A DNA stretch of 64,000 nucleotides from positions 62,001-126,000 of the forward strand of contig BCGN01000002.1 in NCBI GenBank assembly GCA_001599295.1. The letters are read 5' to 3'. Shown here piece by piece: positions 57,224 to 64,000 of this stretch. Under the pieces are notes generated by a model. That model made no database searches. It was not told where the DNA came from and saw only the letters and a list, made by a program, of their open reading frames with translations. The position numbers and the translations under genes are program-made. The stretch is from Sporopachydermia quercuum (lineage: Eukaryota). How positions within the stretch are numbered: position 1 is the first letter of the stretch; each line of letters opens with the position of its first letter.

Positions 57224-58485
57224 GTGCAATATGGAAGAGAGATTTGATCCTATTGTTACTGGAGGTGTATATTATGTTATATCAGTATTAGTTTTATAAG
57301 AATAGTAGGTATTTTTTCAGTATGATTAGATTTGACGCGGTAGAAGCATGGATAACGAAGAGTGTAAATGGATGACTCAGGAACTGGAGACCGAAACTTC
57401 CAAAGGAATAGACGAATAATGGAAGAACATGAAAGACCGTTGATATTTGGATTCATTGATTACTTTAATTTTCATCCTTAGAAATTGTCAGTCAACACAG
57501 GATTCCTTTTGATCGGAGATCTTAGATCACTTGCTATCACGTGAAATGTTTGTATGCAGAGTTAATGCATTATAGTGCAAGTACAATTGTTACTAGTATT
57601 ATGATTGAAATGATTAGGATTTACAGAAAAATATCGATTATATTCAACAAAATGTACATTGAATACAACGCAATAAATTTTATCTTCAAATCAATTTTGG
57701 TTTCTTCTAGAAACCTTGAGTGGTCATTCTGCATAATTATGTAGGTAATAGGCATTCCTGATCTATCTGCCTATTCTCTCCTTTTGATTTATTTTCTCAA
57801 GAATCTCATCACTCACAATCTATACNATAATTCTTCATACTCACAACTCAACCTCTAAATAACTATTCTTCAGGCGCATCTACACCCCTTATTTGAGTTN
57901 TAGTCTTCCAAAGTTCTACTGTTTATCTCACAAATTCCACAAGATCCTCATATCTAATCCAATATCCTGTATACATCTGCAGTTAATTCATAGAACCACA
58001 TATTTATGCCTGCTTATGCATACACATACATTCTACTGCGCAAACTCTTCGTATCTCCTGTATTGCCCCTACTTTTTTCTTACTTACCCTCTCGAAGCAT
58101 TTTTCACTCTTTCAGTAGCGCTTTTCAACCATTTTATTTCCAAAAAAACTACCATAGAAACAAATCAACCAACTGTTATTGGCATTCAAGCGTATACAAT
58201 TCATAGTAGAAATCTGCATTGTTTATAGTGGAGATTTTTGTTTTTGGTTGAATTTCGAGAATCTCATGCTGAAAAGATCAACTGGTTCTGCTCATCTGTA
58301 TTGGTATTTTTCTTTCTTGCATTATAATACATACCTACGAAGTAACAATCATTTGTCTACTATCACCATTCGCCAGACAAACCAGATTATCAACTATTTA
58401 TATAACGGATTCCAAGCAGAAGAATAGGCATTGCTAGAAGGATTACTGTTTTGGCGTTTCAGACTTCAGAAATATCANTGTCATT

Positions 58486-58519
58486 TAGCTGAACCATTAG
58501 CTGAACAATAGCTGAACCA
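58486..58519 (+). repeat. Tandem TAGCTGAAC(C/A)A x3 just before the MRPL40 start codon
   Basis: Directly visible 11-12 bp units. Confidence 0.8.
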
Positions 58520-58538
58520 CTACCAAAACTCACATAAA

Positions 58539-59546
58539 ATGTCTCAAAGATTGAAAAGTCGATTCAGAAAAGAATTCGACAAACTGCCAAAGGTCATGCA
58601 GGAAGCTCAACGGAAGAAGAATCTAATGAGTGTTCCTGAGCCTTTCAGACCATTGGAGAATGCTAAGCCAGAAAGTGAAAGAAAAGATGTTTACGAAATG
58701 CCATTCCTTCCTGGTGATAGAGTTCAATACAGTAAAGGAGAGAGCAAAGGACTGGTGACTACGGTTACTGATTATCATAAAGAAACAGGAGGATATTTCA
58801 CTGCTGATGGAGGTTATACTAAGACTCAGGTTTTGCCTAAGGATTTATGGGTTGAAGGTCAAACTTCTCACGTGGTGACATTTCCTACACCTACGCCTGC
58901 TGAGGAACTGAGATTAGTTACTGATGTACCTAAAGAAGACGGTTCTATTGAAACGTAAGTAAAGTAGTTTAAGGAAAGAAGAGAGAATTTGATTAGCTNG
59001 ATATTTCCATTGTTCAAGTGATTAATTGAATATCGTTTACTAACAACCTATAATAACAGAGTTGCCGTCAAAGATGTTGTATTTAAAGGAAGTTATTACG
59101 ATAAAGAACATAGAAGAGTTCTGAGATTTAGAAGAGTTGGTGGAGATGAAGGATTGATCATACCTTGGCCCAAACCTAAAGAAGTGAAAGCTGGGCCTCT
59201 TTCAACCNCCGAAGAACTAGTGAAGGAGAGAACTCATTTCCATGAATCACTAGCCAGACCCCCATTCCCATTAGCAGTTTTACCTGATATAATGAATCTG
59301 AAGAGTAANTACAAAGATCCAAAGCGGTTAACAGCTAAGGAAGCCAAGCATCTGAATGCTCCTAAAATGCCCAAATCCGAGAAGGAAATTGCCAAAGAAA
59401 AGGAACGTCAAGAAAGGAGACGGTTGACAAAGGAACACTTGGAAAGCGATCTTATACCTAAAGTTGAGGAGTTTGTTGGTTCCAGGCTTCAAGAGTACTT
59501 TGCAAATAAGAATAATGAATCTAAATCCAATACTCATCACCATTAG
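58539..59546 (+). CDS. MRPL40: Mitochondrial ribosomal protein uL24m (Mrpl40), about 300 aa; exons 58539-58954 and 59060-59546
   Basis: KOW-like FLPGDRV..KG..KG, WVEGQTSH, LRLV, SYYDK, IIPWPKP; intron 58955-59059 (GTAAGT/TACTAAC/CAG). Confidence 0.9.
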
Positions 59547-60449
59547 ATTGAATCTGATAAAGTACGTATGGGAAGATAGAATGGAAAGACAAGAAAGAGG
59601 AATGTGTGATGTTGATATCCGGTGTGTTTCTTGATGGTATAGTCTATAAGACAGAAGTATGAAGTATTGTAAGAACACTTCATGTTTATGTATGTGTATT
59701 GAACGTTGAAGGCGGAGCTATTACAGTCGTGTAAATATGTTGTGAATTGCTGGTTTGGCTTTGTTCATTTGAAGTTCAAACTTCAGTGTATATGGAAGAA
59801 TGAACAGTGAACTATATATTATGTATTTGTAGTGAGATAAGTGCCTGAAAGTTTGGAAGTAAATTGGTTGTACATAGTTAGTTGATCTTCTGTTGGCAAG
59901 TGTTGGAAGATGATTTATTATATACCTTGCATAAGTTTCGATACGTTTTGCTGCTGTTTGATACCGAGAACTCGAATAATGGAGGATGATCGAAACCGGA
60001 AAATATATTTTAGATGTATNATTTCCGCTTTGAATATTTAGGAATACATATGAAAAACAAGTAAATATTTTACCGCCATGAAAAATAATAAAATAATCAG
60101 CTTTTAACTATTGAAATAAACGAAACTTGATCTCAACTGTAATTGACTTTATCGCAGAAATCTCCCATATTATTGCTGAACAAGATCAACTTTCTCTCTA
60201 ACTTGCACTTTCATTGTAAATTTTATCATTTCCATTTTCTCTCAAATGGGTTTCCGATATTCCGCATCGCCAAATTCCGGAAATAATAATACTGTTCTTT
60301 GCATAAAATAATCTCTGCTCCTTACTTTTCATTAAATGATCCTTATTTTTTCTTCCTTTAAGGTGCGCACACCAGATAACATGAACTGCACAGCCTAAAC
60401 CCTCATATCAAAATCAATTGTTTGCGTGGAAATCCAAGCTTCAGCTGCC

Positions 60450-61283
60450 ATGAATCTTCCCTGGGGNTCGTTCTCAGGTAACCTGCTCCCTTTCATACAG
60501 ACCCCTCAACAGTTCAAATGTACTAATTTTTACACAGCAAAACCTGGCCAAACGTTATTTTNCGATGACAAATTCGTAATCCTCACTGACGGCTATCCTA
60601 AATCTACTGCGCATCTTTTGGTGATGCCTCGGGATATAGAGAAGTCTATGCAACTGCTGTACGACGCATTGGGAGACCCAGAGTTCTATGACCAAGTATC
60701 CAAATACGTTAATTTAGCAATTGCTTTGGCTGCTAATATTCTAGAAAGCAAATTTCAGAATTCACGGCATCATGACGATGTTGAGCATGTTTTTTTACCC
60801 CCAGAAGACTTCTGGAGTGCTTCCGCTGAAGAGTTAACTGCTATGATGAATGTAGAAGCTATGAGCAACTCACGTGATTGGACAACGTCTATCAAAACAG
60901 GGATCCATGCCGTTCCGTCGATGCGGAATGCGCATGTTCACGTGATATCGCGGGATTTCCATTCCCTAAGCTTCAAACGGCCTCGGCATTGGTTTTCCTT
61001 CAATACTCTGTTTTTCATCCCGTTTGATAATTCCGAGAGGTTTCCTTTGGCTGAAGATGACGATCGTAGGTCGTTTCATAGTATGATGGAATTAGACGAA
61101 GGGTTAGATTATAAAACAGGGGAAACATTAGATTATAGATGCCCCTATCATGGATGTGGATATAAGCATTTGTTGAAACAGCGGGGAGCATTTGGTAAGT
61201 TTAAGGAACATTTACAGTATCATTATATACGGCATTTTATGGCGGATTTGAAGGAAGGGAAGCCAATTGAATGGAATTTCTAG
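60450..61283 (+). CDS. HNT3: Aprataxin-like DNA 5'-deadenylase Hnt3 (HIT family)
   Basis: DGYPKSTAHLLVMPR, GIHAVPSMRNAHVHVISRDF, HWFSFNT, C-terminal zinc finger. Confidence 0.93.
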   Translation: MNLPWXSFSGNLLPFIQTPQQFKCTNFYTAKPGQTLFXDDKFVILTDGYPKSTAHLLVMPRDIEKSMQLLYDALGDPEFYDQVSKYVNLAIALAANILESKFQNSRHHDDVEHVFLPPEDFWSASAEELTAMMNVEAMSNSRDWTTSIKTGIHAVPSMRNAHVHVISRDFHSLSFKRPRHWFSFNTLFFIPFDNSERFPLAEDDDRRSFHSMMELDEGLDYKTGETLDYRCPYHGCGYKHLLKQRGAFGKFKEHLQYHYIRHFMADLKEGKPIEWNF

Positions 61284-61410
61284 AGATAATAATAAACTAG
61301 TATAGTAATAATAATATTAAACCATCACTAATCCTACTTCTTCTTCTAATATCTGCAATAAATTAAACGTTTTACATACACTTCTCTTCTTATTCTTAAC
61401 CTCAGTTTCC

Positions 61411-62649
61411 TCACAGCTTCTCATATTCTAATTTACCTTCTAGCTTCTTATTCTCAGCCACTTTTCGTACGGCCTTCATCAAATCATCCTGAATAATATA
61501 GTCACGTTCATCTCTAATAGCGAAAAACCCAGACTCAGTAATAACATTACGAATATCAGCACCATTGAAACCATCACTCATTTTAACTGCAGCTTCAAAA
61601 TCAAACTCCCCTTGCTTCTGAACATTGGCGGTATGAATCTTGAAAATCTCCAGTCTTCCAGCTTCATTAGGTAAAGGAATCTCAATCTTACGGTCTAATC
61701 TACCAGCACGAAGTAAAGCAGGATCTAATGTATCAGGTCTATTAGTAGCCATGATTACTTTAGTTTGACCCAAGTAATCAAAACCGTCCATTTGATTCAA
61801 CAATTCCATAAGAGTTCTCTGGATTTCACGATCAGCAGAAGTTCCTTCAGAGAAACGTCTTCCTCCAATAGCATCAANCTCATCCATAAAGATAATGCAT
61901 GGTTCATGTTCTTTGGCATAGCCGAACATTTCTCTGATCAATCTAGCAGATTCACCAATATACTTATCAACAATGGCAGAAGCGGGTGAAAAGATGAAAT
62001 TCGCGCCAATGGTCGCGGCAACAGCTTTTGCTAGCAATGTTTTACCAGTACCAGGAGGTCCATAGAGCAAAACACCTTTGGGAGGTTTGATGCCTACTCT
62101 AATGAACAATTCTGGGTTCTTCAGAGGCAATTCAATTACTTCACGCAATTCTCTGATTTGTTCAGTCAAACCACCAATTCCCCCGAAGGAAACTTCACCA
62201 GGCTCAAAAGTTGTCATATTATAAACCAAAGGATCCACTTCTCTTGGTAGAATTCTCATGATAGTAAGAGTAGTCATATCTAGAGCAACTCGGACTCCTT
62301 GTTTCAACTGCGATTTTTTAACATTGGTACGACATCCAACAATATATCTAGGACCAGATGAAGCTTTCACAATGAAACGTTCGTCATCTAGTTGTTTTAA
62401 TACTTCGCCAATGACCTGTCCTACAGATTGTAAAGCTTTCATGTCATCTTCAGTCTTCTCAAACTGTTTCTCCAGGTCCTGAATCCCTAGTCGTAGTTCT
62501 TTCAAACGGCTATCCCAAGTTCGATGTTCTATCAGCTTCTTCTTGAAATGTTCTAAGGCTTTTTCTCGTTCGGGATCTGCACGTGTTTGAGCTTCCTGGG
62601 GCATTCCTTCGTCCTGCTCCAAAGCAGAGAGTAAAGGATCTTGTTCCAT
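61411..62649 (-). CDS. RPT4: 26S proteasome AAA ATPase Rpt4
   Basis: [55 protein letters not shown]. Confidence 0.98.
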   Translation of the reverse strand: MEQDPLLSALEQDEGMPQEAQTRADPEREKALEHFKKKLIEHRTWDSRLKELRLGIQDLEKQFEKTEDDMKALQSVGQVIGEVLKQLDDERFIVKASSGPRYIVGCRTNVKKSQLKQGVRVALDMTTLTIMRILPREVDPLVYNMTTFEPGEVSFGGIGGLTEQIRELREVIELPLKNPELFIRVGIKPPKGVLLYGPPGTGKTLLAKAVAATIGANFIFSPASAIVDKYIGESARLIREMFGYAKEHEPCIIFMDEXDAIGGRRFSEGTSADREIQRTLMELLNQMDGFDYLGQTKVIMATNRPDTLDPALLRAGRLDRKIEIPLPNEAGRLEIFKIHTANVQKQGEFDFEAAVKMSDGFNGADIRNVITESGFFAIRDERDYIIQDDLMKAVRKVAENKKLEGKLEYEKL

Positions 62650-63385
62650 TGTTGGGATGTGAAGCGAGAAATCTGAGTGGAAATAAAGGATACGTAGTAG
62701 TAATATGCTTTGATTTGTGNTTCAATAGAAGATATACAAAGCAGGTTTGTGATATTGATTAGATATGATTGTGATCACCTATGAAGTTGTGTTAAGTATG
62801 TAGCGTATGAGCAGAGCAATTGGGCACGAAAGGTTGCGAGTATAATAGATAGATGAAAGGTAATACAATTCTATGTATGAGAACGTATGACTAACAGTCT
62901 ATTAACAACACAATACTCAAAAAATGCCAAGCGTTGATTGATTATGAATACCAATCCTGCTTTCAATCATTCTATTGCATTCAGTTTACCCTCTTGATTC
63001 ATGTTGATGTATTTTGGTGTGGCAATTTACACTGGCTTTGCCTTTATGGACGCAGTAGAGGATGGGAAAGGAATGAGTAAATGGTGGCATGGGATATGAG
63101 ACAGTAGATATCCAAAGCATATGCCCTCACGTCTCCTCTTGATGCTCATGTGAACTTTTCAAAGGATGAAAAGTTACCCTGAAAAGACACAATTACTCAC
63201 TATAGGAAATTTGTGTCAATTTTCAATAACGATTAGAGTAGTGTGATATGCTACAGAGACTGGTTTTCTAGGGAGTCATTGAGTAGAAATAAAACTGCTT
63301 TATATGTTTTATCTTGTTTTCAGCACTATTAAATTTGTTATTTACCACAAATAAACCATATCCCATCCACAATCATCATCTCATT

Positions 63386-64000
63386 ATGGAGTTTCATGCT
63401 GTCATCCTCTGTGGGAAGGGCCATGGGCTCATCCCTTTGTCTTCCCTAAGACCAACTGGAGTTCCAAAAGCTTCGTTGCCAATTGCTAATAAGCCAATGA
63501 TCAATTATGTGCTAGATTGGTGTGCTGAAGCAGAATTCAAAGGTATGTCACGCTGTCGTTTCTTATCTTAAGGATTTTCTTACAGGATGTCAACCCCAAG
63601 CTGCTGCTAACGTAATATATAAAACACAGGTATTACCATTGTTACTGATACACAATCTTTGGTACCCATATCACAAACAGTAAAACAGTATCAAGAAACA
63701 AGCCCTTCAGGGAAACCCCAAACAACAGATCTAATTGGTCTGGACTATGAATTCACCGCGGACGTGATAAAAGCGCTTGCCAGCAAGCTAGTGCCTTCAG
63801 ACTTCGTGATTCTGCCTTGCGACTTCATCACTGACCTGCCTCCTCAGGTATTAATAGAAGAATATAGAAACAGAAGCGAGAATGACATAATGCTCACCGT
63901 AGCTTACTACAACAGTTTCGAGACCATCGATAAAAGCAATTTTGATACTAACTTTTTGATCCATACCCCACTGGGCGATGGGCCTGTGCAGCTGTTGGAT
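63386..64000 (+). CDS. GCD1: eIF2B gamma subunit Gcd1 (5' part); exon 1 63386-63542, exon 2 from 63630 to the window end
   Basis: MEFHAVILCGKGHGL.P...PKASLPIANKPMINYVLDWC; after intron 63543-63629 the frame continues to DFVILPCDFITDLPP. Confidence 0.93.

Noticed and set aside
63015..63091. GTGGCAA and GGTGGCAT upstream of RPT4 as Rpn4 (PACE) sites
   Set aside because: Neither matches the full GGTGGCAAA consensus; plausible but unsupported.

Overview
Gene-dense nuclear segment of a budding yeast (Saccharomycotina). CTG reads as Leu at conserved Leu positions of Emg1, so this is not a CUG-Ser species. The window is unusually intron-rich: 18 GT-AG introns can be reconstructed by eye in 11 genes. 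It holds 22 recognisable protein genes: ITC1 (partial), BMS1, TOS4/PLM2, RPS2, OM14-like, LCD1/DDC2, EMG1, a UPF0651 oxidoreductase-like gene, PTC7, NMD2/UPF2, PEP7, AKR1, SHE4, DAP1, TRE1/2, SPT14, NIP100, CDC31, MRPL40, HNT3, RPT4 and GCD1 (partial). There is also one intron-containing tRNA-Pro(AGG) and one small orphan membrane ORF. Gene order matches the interleaved pre-WGD order of S. cerevisiae sister regions. The most interesting unexplained signals are: (1) the NMD2 start codon is split by an intron (AT|G), so the unspliced RNA is itself an NMD-type substrate; (2) the 92-nt PTC7 intron is stop-free in two frames and contains an in-frame -1 slippery heptamer; (3) a decayed non-LTR (LINE-like) reverse transcriptase with a YLDD motif lies between RPS2 and OM14, with a possible second relic; (4) several structured-RNA candidates, including a 29-bp GAAA-capped hairpin upstream of NMD2 and a speculative telomerase-RNA-like locus at about 26.2-26.7 kb. 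All gene models and identities come from reading the sequence and from remembered family motifs; no searches were run.
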